31,506 nt of DNA from Elainellaceae cyanobacterium (GCA_051117555.1 JBNPEG010000108.1:1-31506); one strand, 5' to 3'; shown: positions 1-8,674, numbered from the stretch's first letter. Notes: a model not told the origin generated them from the letters alone. A program made the numbers and translations.

Positions 1-134
1 ACTCAGCCGATGATGATCATTTTGACCTGAGTTGACAATCACGACCGGAACAGGGGACACCTGCGAGCCCTGCTACATAGAGAAAATGGCTATTTTCACT
101 ACTCCAAAGTTGTTAATTCGTTTACCCTAAATGC

Positions 135-641
135 ATGACCATTTACCCTCTCATTCGACACGTCTTGACTGGATTATTGGTGCTGTTAGTCACGCTGACC
201 GGGATACCCCCAGTGGCGATCGCCGACCCTCTGCCACCATCAGACTCAACACTTTCGGCACTTGTAGGCACCCCTCCAGCGGATGAGCAATCCCCAAATT
301 CGCCCGCTGTTGACGCAGCCCTCGATTCTGCCAAGCCTGAGCAGCCGACTGAACCGTCAAAAACCTACTTTCTATCACTGGCATCCGAGAATGCCCGTCG
401 TCGAGTTAATCTCGACCCACCGGCAACGCGACTGTCGATCACCTCGGAGTCGGGAGATACTGCCGTTCAGTGTGGAGACGGAGGCAAAACCTATAGCTGC
501 GTACCGGGAAGCTCTTTGAAAATTCAGCACGATGCAGACGATCCCATTTCATATATCTGGGCTCAGAATTCAAGTGCCAACCGCGTCCGCCTGCGAATTG
601 ATGTCTATGAAACTATTAGCCTATTAGACACATTGCAATAA
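135..641 (+). CDS. Hypothetical secreted protein
   Basis: 168-aa ORF with a hydrophobic signal-peptide-like N-terminus (LTGLLVLLVTLTGIPPVAIA-DP), a Pro/Ser/acidic linker and a beta-rich C-terminal region with two Cys. No family recognised. Confidence 0.7.
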   Translation: MTIYPLIRHVLTGLLVLLVTLTGIPPVAIADPLPPSDSTLSALVGTPPADEQSPNSPAVDAALDSAKPEQPTEPSKTYFLSLASENARRRVNLDPPATRLSITSESGDTAVQCGDGGKTYSCVPGSSLKIQHDADDPISYIWAQNSSANRVRLRIDVYETISLLDTLQ

Positions 642-770
642 GGGCGTAACCCAGAAACATTTCAATCGTTTCCCTTAGAGAATCTTTCAGAGAACCTTAT
701 CGCGTCATTCTCCACAAACGAAACTGCTTCCCTTACAATAGAAAGAGCGGGTTTTTCGTGAAGGTGGATT

Positions 771-1013
771 ATGCCTCAGACAATGGAACTCACGAATGAG
801 AATGTAGAGAGCGTACTGGATGAACTGCGCCCCTACCTCATGTCAGATGGTGGCAACGTTGAGTTGGTCGAGTTAGATGGACCAATCGTTCGGCTCCGCC
901 TACAGGGGGCGTGCGGTTCTTGCCCAAGTTCGACGATGACTCTCAAGATGGGTATCGAGCGCAAGCTGCGGGAATCAATTCCTGAGATTGCCGAAGTTGA
1001 ACAGGTTATCTAG
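771..1013 (+). CDS. nfuA: NifU-like (Nfu) Fe-S cluster scaffold/carrier protein
   Basis: 80 aa with the hallmark [15 protein letters not shown]...[20 protein letters not shown] (CxxC) of the NifU C-terminal domain. GAAGG-type RBS upstream. Confidence 0.95.
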   Translation: MPQTMELTNENVESVLDELRPYLMSDGGNVELVELDGPIVRLRLQGACGSCPSSTMTLKMGIERKLRESIPEIAEVEQVI

Positions 1014-1076
1014 CCTCACGTTTTGTAGTGATTGCATGATCTGCTAATCGCTGCACAGCTTAATGTGTAAAGTGCG

Positions 1077-1108
1077 AGCGGGGAAAGCATCCGAATGCTT
1101 TCCCCGCT
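1077..1108. terminator. Probable intrinsic terminator hairpin between convergent nfu and hupE/ureJ
   Basis: Perfect 14-bp stem AGCGGGGAAAGCAT-CCGA-ATGCTTTCCCCGCT followed by TGTCTT on +, located between convergent stop codons. Confidence 0.8.
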
Positions 1109-1144
1109 TGTCTTATGGGTGCTTCTTAAACGCGCTATAGATTG

Positions 1145-1897
1145 CTATCCCAAAACCACGGCGCTTAAGAAAGCTGCACCTGCCCCACAAATCACAAACC
1201 CGGCAGACCGGAGCGATCGCCCAGGCTGATCAGGGACGCGCTTCATGGCTGCTTTGCCAACCGTATGGGCAGCAAGCGAAATTGCCAGTTGAATGCTCGT
1301 AAACCCGGCGAGATATGCAATCAGGGGAGTCATCTCAGCACCAATGATGGCTTCTCCATATGCATAGCCGTGAAATAATCCAGCGATCGCCCCCATCCCC
1401 GTGATGAGCAATAAACTGGGTGTGTTTTTTAGAGTCAGCATGATGCCAAACAGCACCACCGATGCAGAGATAAAAATTTCGGGGACAGGCATATCGACAT
1501 TGAGCAGATGGATGCCTGTTCCGGCGAGACCTGCTAAAACAAACGCCATAGGAATGATTAACCCTTGGCGTATCGCGGCAGCGAGCAACCCCGCTGCAAC
1601 AATGAACGCGAAATGGTCAGGGCCTAAGATTGGATGAGCGAGCCCAGAGATAAATCCTTCAAATGCGCTAGCTGGTGTTTCGCCGCCGAGTGGATGGTGA
1701 GCAAGAGCTGCGCTGGGATATATCAAGCCAACACTGCCAATCACAACCATTAGCCCAACAAACACCGAAATCCTTTGATAGAGGCATCTTCTGGGACGAG
1801 ACACCATCTTGGGCAAATCTGGCTGGGGCGTATTGGACTGAAACAGACTGGGCTGAAACGTATTCAAGCGCCAAATCTGATGGATAAAAGCAAACAT
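1145..1897 (-). CDS. HupE/UreJ family metal (probably cobalt) transporter
   Basis: ALAHHPLGG...FISGLAHPILGPDH and GLFHGYAYGE motifs, multiple TM helices, and a position directly downstream of a cobalamin riboswitch. The start codon may lie further downstream. Confidence 0.9.
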   Translation of the reverse strand: MFAFIHQIWRLNTFQPSLFQSNTPQPDLPKMVSRPRRCLYQRISVFVGLMVVIGSVGLIYPSAALAHHPLGGETPASAFEGFISGLAHPILGPDHFAFIVAAGLLAAAIRQGLIIPMAFVLAGLAGTGIHLLNVDMPVPEIFISASVVLFGIMLTLKNTPSLLLITGMGAIAGLFHGYAYGEAIIGAEMTPLIAYLAGFTSIQLAISLAAHTVGKAAMKRVPDQPGRSLRSAGFVICGAGAAFLSAVVLG

Positions 1898-1931
1898 ACC
1901 TGTAACCTCGCAGATAGTCGTCTAGAGTAGG

Positions 1932-2055
1932 GCATCGGCGGGCATTCTGACTTAGAGAGTGCAATCTCATTACAGTTGCGGGACAGCGTTGGACTTTCAC
2001 CAAACTTTCCCCGTGATCTCTGCTGACTGTTCCCCAGCAGAACCGAGCCATCAGT
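1932..2055 (-). ncRNA. Cobalamin (B12) riboswitch
   Basis: Minus strand reads GGTTC...CACGGGGAAAGTTTGGTGAAAGTCCAACGCTGTCCCGCAACTGTAA...AGTCAGAATGCCCGCC, showing the B12 box, T-loop and AG(T/C)CAGA elements in the expected order, in the 5' leader of hupE/ureJ. Boundaries approximate. Confidence 0.92.
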
Positions 2056-2292
2056 ACAGAATAGACGATCCCGGAAACGGAGCGCGTTTGGTTGATAAAA
2101 CTACACAGCTCGCTCGATGGGCCTCTGACCAGCGATATACGCCCTGCTTATTCCTACCTGCTTATTCCTAACGGTATAGGTGCTGTTACAGATTTGCGCC
2201 TAGGATGGTTTCAACCAGAAAGTGCATTAAATTCCTTCAAATTTCTTCAAATTTTACATATACGCTCTGTTTTTAGAGGAGTCGATTCCATT

Positions 2293-2826
2293 ATGTCTCT
2301 TAATCATGTTTTAACGGGTTCGATCGTTACGATCGCAGCAGTATTTGGCGTCACTCAGGCGATCGCCATGCCAGCAGATGAGTTTGAACAACACCCTCAG
2401 CGTATTGCTCAAGATATCGATATGACAGAGGAGCAAATTCAAATGCCTGCCACAGTCAGGTCGATCCAGCCCGATCAGGGATTTATTCAAGTTGAGTTTG
2501 AAGATGGCACAGATGACATTTTATTTTTGGGCACCAGCGAACTCACCAGGCTCGGTCTTGATACCAATGAAGAGGTAACGGTTGTCTATGAAGGCGATGA
2601 GGCGATCGCCCTGATTCGTGATGAGGAAGTCGTCACATTGAATGCCTCAGAGCCTGAAGTAGAACCATCCACTCCGATGGCGGATGAACCTGCCGACTCT
2701 GAGACGACGATTACTCAAGATAGCCAAGACCCTGAATCTGACTCTGACATGATGACTCAGGACGATGAGATGGAAGAACCCATGACCACTACTCCAGCCG
2801 ATGAACCCATACCGGCCCTTTGGTAG
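2293..2826 (+). CDS. Hypothetical secreted acidic protein ending ...EPIPALW
   Basis: In-frame ATG at 2293 within ORF 2092-2826, preceded by AGAGGAG. Signal peptide (...VFGVTQAIA), small beta-barrel-like segment, long Asp/Glu/Thr-rich tail. Confidence 0.75.
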   Translation: MSLNHVLTGSIVTIAAVFGVTQAIAMPADEFEQHPQRIAQDIDMTEEQIQMPATVRSIQPDQGFIQVEFEDGTDDILFLGTSELTRLGLDTNEEVTVVYEGDEAIALIRDEEVVTLNASEPEVEPSTPMADEPADSETTITQDSQDPESDSDMMTQDDEMEEPMTTTPADEPIPALW

Positions 2827-2846
2827 ATTGGGGTTGCGTTTCCTGT

Positions 2847-4310
2847 TTAGTTGACGGTAAATAGTTTTTCTAGCTGCTTGCGAACCCACGCAACCGGGTT
2901 GAGATCATATTCTTCGGCATTGAGGATGCCAAGGGAACGCAATTGCTTTTGTTGATGAGAAAGGTCTTCCTGATATTTGCCAAGCTCTTGTACCAATGTG
3001 TCATAGAGCTTGGGTTGGTCTTTCAGCAACTTCTTAAATCCGTCTGGGCTAATCTCAAACAGCGTTGTTTCCTCGGTTGCCCAGACGGTAAACGTGCGGT
3101 TAATGCTTAACATCAACGATAAGTCTCCCACAAAGTCACCCGCACCCAGCGGACTAGGGACTTGCTTGAGTCGCTCAATCGCATATTCAACCCGCCCCGA
3201 CAAAATAATATAGAATGCGTCACTGGGGTCACCTTCTCGAAACAAGATTTCCCCAGCATCTAGTCGCTTGCGATGACCAATTTCAATCAGTTTGCGAAGT
3301 TCTAACTCGGTGCATTTTTCAAAGTAAGGAACTTGGCGTAGCAAATCCCGGACTGCAAACGGACGCGATGGCTGGTCGGTGATCTGAAGCGGCTCATTAT
3401 GCAAAATTCGATGCCCATTGTGGCGATCGTAGGCATCGAGTGGCGAGTGGACGACGATGCTTGGATTTTGCTGCCAGAGGTCTAGTTTGGGTGAGGCGAG
3501 CTTGATGCCATGCTGTCGCAGATTGTGCTCGATGATGAAATATAGCGAACTCTCGGTAATAAATTTGCGATCGATTTGATGCACCCATACCCACAGCTCA
3601 AAATTGAGCGAATAGTCTGAAAACCCTTTGAAATAAACCTCAGCCGGATACTCATACGAAACCGTTTCTTCCAGGTAGGCAGAATCTAGTAGCACCTCAA
3701 TCACTAAGACCGGATCGCTCCCATGCGCCACTTTGACCGGAATCGAAACCCAGCCTTTGGAGTTATAAAACGTCCAGTTGATGACTCGACTCGTCATCAA
3801 ATCACTATTCGGCACTACGACATATTTGCGCGTGATGGTGCGAATGACGGTAGACCGCAGCGAAATTTCGGCAATATATCCAGACAAGCCGTCTAGCTCA
3901 ATGAAATCCCCAACTTTGAGCTGACGTTCGATCAACAGGGTTAGACCGCTGATGAAGTTTTTGGTGATTTCTTGTAAACCAAAGCCAACGCCAATGCCCA
4001 ACCCCCCGGCAAGTACCGCCAGGGATGCAAAGTTAACGCCAACCGCTTGAAGCAATCCAATAAAGCATAGAGTGCCCACGCTGTAGCTGACGATCGTGGC
4101 GATCGCCTCTCGATTGCCCTGACTAATGCCAATACGAGCCAGAAGCTGGTTGGCGAGAATGCGCTTCAAACTGATTGAAATAACCAGCACAATCAACAGC
4201 GCCAAGAGAAACTGGGCGATCGCGCTGAGCGAGATGCTGGCTCCCCCGATACGAAGCAACGACGCATCCAGAATTGATTGAACGTTTTCCCAAAATTCCG
4301 CCATTCGCAC
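2847..4310 (-). CDS. MscS-family mechanosensitive channel with C-terminal cyclic-nucleotide-binding domain
   Basis: GGLGIGVGFGLQEITKNFISGLTLLIERQLKVGDFIE...VVVPNS (MscS core), then LFREGDPSDAFYIILSGRV...GDFVGDLSL (cNMP-binding fold). Confidence 0.92.
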   Translation of the reverse strand: MRMAEFWENVQSILDASLLRIGGASISLSAIAQFLLALLIVLVISISLKRILANQLLARIGISQGNREAIATIVSYSVGTLCFIGLLQAVGVNFASLAVLAGGLGIGVGFGLQEITKNFISGLTLLIERQLKVGDFIELDGLSGYIAEISLRSTVIRTITRKYVVVPNSDLMTSRVINWTFYNSKGWVSIPVKVAHGSDPVLVIEVLLDSAYLEETVSYEYPAEVYFKGFSDYSLNFELWVWVHQIDRKFITESSLYFIIEHNLRQHGIKLASPKLDLWQQNPSIVVHSPLDAYDRHNGHRILHNEPLQITDQPSRPFAVRDLLRQVPYFEKCTELELRKLIEIGHRKRLDAGEILFREGDPSDAFYIILSGRVEYAIERLKQVPSPLGAGDFVGDLSLMLSINRTFTVWATEETTLFEISPDGFKKLLKDQPKLYDTLVQELGKYQEDLSHQQKQLRSLGILNAEEYDLNPVAWVRKQLEKLFTVN

Positions 4311-4400
4311 CCACGCAGATCTGAATCATGAGCAGTGCATAGTGTAATTCGTAACAGGATACAATCACAATCCCACACCGAATCCTCGCAAGAAGCTAAA

Positions 4401-5531
4401 TTATGCGTCTACCGTTGCCACCACTTCTCCAGTCAAACGGGTGTCGTAGCCTCCCAAAATTTCAAGCTGGGAGATTACTCGACGATGGCCCAGGGTTCCC
4501 AACAGTTGTTGTACGGGAGATTCTTCCAAATACGACTTAAAGGTAACCAAATCATAGTGAGCGTGCTGTAGTGGGACAAACCCCAACTTAAACATATCCG
4601 CTACGGAGGCTGCACTAATCCCCGCATCTGCCTCCCCGTCAAGGATGGCCTGAGCGACCGCGTGATGAGACAGGGCAATGCGATCGAATCCCGATACTGA
4701 CTGAGGCGAAAGCCCTGCTTCCGCTAAGACTTGTGCTAATAAATTGCGGCTACCGGCACCCAGCTCTCGATTGATGAGGGTGACATCAGGGCGAATGAGA
4801 TCGGCGACGGTATGAATATTTTTAGGATTGCCCGGAGCCACGAGTAACCCTTCTTCCCAGATGCCTAGATTGATCAGCACCGCTGTCTGACCTTGAAAGG
4901 CTCGGCGCACAAACGGCACGTTAAAGGTTTGGGTTTGCGGGCAGTAAAGATGCACGCCGGCAATGTGTACTTCTCCCCGCATTAAACGTTCTAGGGCAAT
5001 GGCACTGTTTGCAAAGGTTAGATGCACTCGCAAGTCTGGGTGCCATCGTTCTGCTGCCTTTGCCCACAGAGAGAGCGCAGGGGCACAACCCGCCACCACG
5101 ACCGTGTTAAGCAGATTTGCCGGATCATCTAGCAGATTCACAGTCACTATGTCTTGCTGTGGGTGACGAATGGTTTCCCCATCGGCGGGTATCAGCTCCA
5201 TTCGAAATGCATCAGATCCGATGAGGGGGTGAGCAATCCACTGGCCACCAATGTTGGCTAGACTAACCCGCAACGATTCCCCTGTTGCCATGCATTGAAC
5301 CGGTACCGCGATTACGGTGCTAGCGTCTTGATCCAGCCAGAACAGATCCTCGACCCGACACCCCAACACGTTCGCCAATCGTAGGGCAACCGTAACAGAG
5401 AGAGCGGTTTGCCCTGATTCTACTCCCCCAATGGTTTGTCGACTGACACCCGCCATCGTCGCTAAGTCTTGTTGGCTCAGCCCCAACCGCATCCGAGTCT
5501 GTTTCAAGTTGTTACATAGCTCGTCTTTCAC
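4401..5531 (-). CDS. XRE-family HTH + PBP-like substrate-binding domain transcriptional regulator (putative molybdate regulator)
   Basis: N-terminal LKQTRMRLGLSQQDLATMAGVSRQTIGGVESG (HTH_3); C-terminal GEVHIAGVHL...LINRELGAGSRNLL...GYD (PBP_like). Divergent from modA. Start placed at GTG 5531 (VKDEL); the ORF extends to TTG 5579. Confidence 0.85.
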   Translation of the reverse strand: MKDELCNNLKQTRMRLGLSQQDLATMAGVSRQTIGGVESGQTALSVTVALRLANVLGCRVEDLFWLDQDASTVIAVPVQCMATGESLRVSLANIGGQWIAHPLIGSDAFRMELIPADGETIRHPQQDIVTVNLLDDPANLLNTVVVAGCAPALSLWAKAAERWHPDLRVHLTFANSAIALERLMRGEVHIAGVHLYCPQTQTFNVPFVRRAFQGQTAVLINLGIWEEGLLVAPGNPKNIHTVADLIRPDVTLINRELGAGSRNLLAQVLAEAGLSPQSVSGFDRIALSHHAVAQAILDGEADAGISAASVADMFKLGFVPLQHAHYDLVTFKSYLEESPVQQLLGTLGHRRVISQLEILGGYDTRLTGEVVATVDA

Positions 5532-5670
5532 GGTGGCACCAAGAGTTTGCTGCAAGTAAGTATAGACGTCTCTTATCAAGTCAATATCCTACAAATACCG
5601 TTCAGAGTGCTCCACATGTTCGACGAGAAACGCGGCTTTTTGTTGTGGCTGACACAGTTTCATTAAAAAT

Positions 5671-5706
5671 TGCCAGTAAAGTTGACATATGACAAAAATA
5701 TTGGCT
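5671..5706. promoter_or_regulatory. Candidate operator in the regulator/modA divergent region
   Basis: TGCCA-N7-TGACA (5671-5687) and TGACA-N7-TGGCT (5690-5706) in tandem, together forming an imperfect dyad centred at 5688/5689. Confidence 0.45.
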
Positions 5707-5728
5707 CTCAATTAGGGAGGCGATCGCC

Positions 5729-6544
5729 ATGAAGAGACGACATGTTACAACGTTTTGGGTGTCAACGGTGGTCACCTGCTTGGCGGCAATGAGTTGCACC
5801 CGAACCGCAGTTTCTCCCACTACTGAAACGACTGGGACAGCCCTCCCAGAGGAACCTGTTGAACTCACCGTCTCTGTAGCTGCCAGCGTGCAGGATGCCA
5901 TGAGAGACATGCAGACTGCTTATCAGGCGGAGTTTCCTAATGTTGCCATTACCTACAACTTCGGGCCGTCAGGCTCACTAGCTCAGCAGATTGCTCAGGG
6001 TGCGCCGACGGATATATTTTTATCTGCGTCTAAAAAATGGATGGATGATTTGGAGGAGCAGGGTCAGATTTTGGGCTCGCGCCAAGATCTGCTGTTGAAC
6101 GCCTTGGTTGTGATCGTGCCCCAAGATAAGACTGACATTGCAGACGTTAGCGATTTCGCAACCGATAAGGTCAGCAAAATGGCGATCGCTGAACCAGACA
6201 GTGTTCCTGCGGGTCGGTATGCCAAAGAAGCCCTGACATCGCTGAATTTGTTTGATACCTTGCAGTCCAAACTGGTGTTTGGCAAAGATGTGCGGCAGGT
6301 TTTGTCTTATGTGGAAACGGGTAATGTCGATGCGGGTCTCGTCTATGCCACCGATGCTAAAATTTCTGACCAGGTACGGGTGGTGACCACGGTTCCCGCC
6401 GATACTCACTCTCCCATCATTTACCCCGTTGGAGTTGTGGCTGATAGTGAGAATGCTGAAGCGGCCCAAGCATTTATCGATTTTCTGTCTATGGATGTGG
6501 CGATCGCCATCTTCGAAGACTACGGGTTCATGATGGCTGAGTGA
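5729..6544 (+). CDS. modA: Molybdate ABC transporter substrate-binding lipoprotein
   Basis: Lipobox-like LAAMSC; VSVAASV, YNFGPSGSLAQQIAQGAPTDIFLSA, PDSVPAGRYA, GNVDAGLVYATDA; GGGAGG RBS. Confidence 0.95.
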   Translation: MKRRHVTTFWVSTVVTCLAAMSCTRTAVSPTTETTGTALPEEPVELTVSVAASVQDAMRDMQTAYQAEFPNVAITYNFGPSGSLAQQIAQGAPTDIFLSASKKWMDDLEEQGQILGSRQDLLLNALVVIVPQDKTDIADVSDFATDKVSKMAIAEPDSVPAGRYAKEALTSLNLFDTLQSKLVFGKDVRQVLSYVETGNVDAGLVYATDAKISDQVRVVTTVPADTHSPIIYPVGVVADSENAEAAQAFIDFLSMDVAIAIFEDYGFMMAE

Positions 6545-6586
6545 TTCGCCCCGACTCATTCGTCGTCATCGTTGGCTGGGACTATC

Positions 6587-8644
6587 ATGCCTGAAAACCT
6601 TACCCCTCTTTGGATTTCGCTAAGGACGGCGTTTGTCGCCACTCTCCTAGCCTCCGTGTTTGGTATCCTTATAGCTCGCTGGATGGTGGGCTATCGGGGC
6701 AAGGCACGAGGGCTAATTGATGGAGTGCTCACCTTACCTCTGGTGCTGCCACCGACGGTGGTCGGTTTTTTGCTCCTGCTATTGTTGGGAAAAAACAGCC
6801 CAGTGGGGCAAGTTCTCGATCAGCTTGGGATCTCCATCATCTTTACCTGGACGGCAGCGGTGATTGCAGCCACGGTCGTAGCATTTCCGTTAATGTACAA
6901 AACCGTGCTAGGCGCCTTCGAACAGGTAGACCTGGCGCTCATCAGTTCTGCCCGCACTTTGGGAGCCTCAGAATGGCGAATTTTCTGGCAGATTTTATTA
7001 CCTCTAGCTTGGCCAGGCGTGCTGGCTGGGACTGTCTTAGCCTTTGCCCGTGCTCTAGGAGAATTTGGGGCGACGCTGATGGTCGGAGGCAGCATTCCCG
7101 GCGTGACGCAGACCATTCCCATCACTATCTTTTTTGCCGCAGAAGCCGGACGGATGGGGGTCGCTCTAGTCTGGGTTTTGCTGATGATCGGAGTGTCACT
7201 GGTGGTGATTGCTGGCATACACTATGGCAACCGCCGTCAATCCACCCCCTCGACTGTCAACGGGTTGGTGACGCGAGGATTTAACTGGATTTTCTTTGGA
7301 ACACTCAGAGAGACTCAATTTGGCTTGTCTCTAAGCGGGCTATCTCGACAAAGCGGTTCCCCAACTCTGTCCTCGTTCAATCCAGCCGGGTACGGGTTTT
7401 CGTCCGAGATTGACCATAGAAACTTGCCTGCACTGGACGGGGAATCTTGGAAACCATTTTCTCCTGGGTTGGCAGAGTGGATGCCCACTGTTCGCTCAAC
7501 GGCTCCGTTAGCGAAGCGTTCTACAAAAATCGCTCCTCGTTCTTGCCCAGAATCGACAGCCATCTCACGATCCATTGACACCGACCTGGTAGTCCAAATC
7601 GAAAAACAGGTGCCGGGATTTCATTTGAAGGTAAAATTCCAGACGAACAGCGAACCGCTGGGGCTCTTGGGCGAGTCGGGATCTGGCAAGAGCATGACGC
7701 TGCGGTGCATTGCCGGATTAGAAACGCCGTCTCAAGGGCGAATTATCCTGAACGGACGGATTTTGTTCGATTCCCAAAAAAAGATTAATGTGCCGAGTCG
7801 CGATCGCAAAATTGGTCTGGTCTTTCAAAACTACGCTTTGTTTCCTCACCTCACCGTCGCTCAAAATCTTGCCTTTGGGATGCGGGATATTCCCAAGCGC
7901 CGACGAGCTGCGGAGGTGATGAAATATCTGGATAGGATTGGGTTGACAGGGTTGGGCGATCGCTATCCTCACCAGCTCTCAGGCGGTCAGCAGCAACGGG
8001 TGGCTCTAGCACGGGCGATCGCCATCCGACCCGACATTCTTCTGCTCGATGAACCGTTGTCAGCCCTCGACACTTACCTACGGAGCCATATCGAAAAGCT
8101 TCTCATTGAGGTGCTATCTCAATACCAAGGGATTACGCTCTTTATTACCCACAAATTGGAAGAAGCCTACCGAGTCTGCACCCATTTGCTAGTCCTCTCT
8201 GGCGGTCGGATTCAAGCAGAAGGCACTAAAGAGGAAATCTTTGAACAGCCGCCAACGTTTGAAGTAGCTAAGGTCACGGAGTGCAAAAACTTTTCCCGCG
8301 CCCGCCTGCTGGATAACCACTATATCGAAGCGCTGGACTGGGAGTGTCGCCTCGAAGTCAGCCACCCTTTACCCTCAGATTTTGGCTATGTGGGGTTGCG
8401 CGCCCATCACATCACGTTTCCGCAACATCCTAGCAGCAACACGTTTCCTGGCTGGTTAGCCATGACAACGGAAACACAACACCGGGTTACCCTTTACATC
8501 AAACTTCACAGTGAACCCCAATTTAACCACGACTATCACCTCCAGGCTGAAATCTATCGAGAAAAGTGGAATCGCTTGAAACGCCGTCCATTCCCTTGGC
8601 ACGTCCATCTAGACCCTGCCAGTCTGATCACAATGCCGTATTAA
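6587..8644 (+). CDS. modBC: Fused molybdate ABC permease / ATP-binding protein
   Basis: ModB motifs (LPLVLPPTVVGF, FARALGEFGATLMVGGSIPG), then Walker A GESGSGKS, signature LSGGQQQRV, Walker B LLLDEP and a C-terminal OB/TOBE-like region. ATG at 6587 (the ORF track starts at TTG 6572). Confidence 0.93.
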   Translation: MPENLTPLWISLRTAFVATLLASVFGILIARWMVGYRGKARGLIDGVLTLPLVLPPTVVGFLLLLLLGKNSPVGQVLDQLGISIIFTWTAAVIAATVVAFPLMYKTVLGAFEQVDLALISSARTLGASEWRIFWQILLPLAWPGVLAGTVLAFARALGEFGATLMVGGSIPGVTQTIPITIFFAAEAGRMGVALVWVLLMIGVSLVVIAGIHYGNRRQSTPSTVNGLVTRGFNWIFFGTLRETQFGLSLSGLSRQSGSPTLSSFNPAGYGFSSEIDHRNLPALDGESWKPFSPGLAEWMPTVRSTAPLAKRSTKIAPRSCPESTAISRSIDTDLVVQIEKQVPGFHLKVKFQTNSEPLGLLGESGSGKSMTLRCIAGLETPSQGRIILNGRILFDSQKKINVPSRDRKIGLVFQNYALFPHLTVAQNLAFGMRDIPKRRRAAEVMKYLDRIGLTGLGDRYPHQLSGGQQQRVALARAIAIRPDILLLDEPLSALDTYLRSHIEKLLIEVLSQYQGITLFITHKLEEAYRVCTHLLVLSGGRIQAEGTKEEIFEQPPTFEVAKVTECKNFSRARLLDNHYIEALDWECRLEVSHPLPSDFGYVGLRAHHITFPQHPSSNTFPGWLAMTTETQHRVTLYIKLHSEPQFNHDYHLQAEIYREKWNRLKRRPFPWHVHLDPASLITMPY

Positions 8645-8645
8645 A

Positions 8646-8674
8646 GCCGTACGCTCTCGCGTTAGGACGTTGAA
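8646..8674 (+). repeat. 29-nt dispersed repeat, copy 1
   Basis: GCCGTACGCTCTCGCGTTAGGACGTTGAA is 26/29 identical to the reverse complement of 29594-29622. Confidence 0.8.

Noticed and set aside
1668..2051. 127-aa minus-strand ORF across the riboswitch
   Set aside because: It overlaps hupE/ureJ out of frame and is simply the translation of the riboswitch sequence.
2092..2292. N-terminal 67 aa of ORF 2092-2826
   Set aside because: TTG start in promoter-like DNA; ATG 2293 has an RBS and begins a signal peptide.
5682..5710. Perfect TTGACA as the modA -35 element
   Set aside because: No credible -10 lies 16-18 nt downstream (CTCTCA), and it would place the TSS at the RBS; better explained as an operator half-site.
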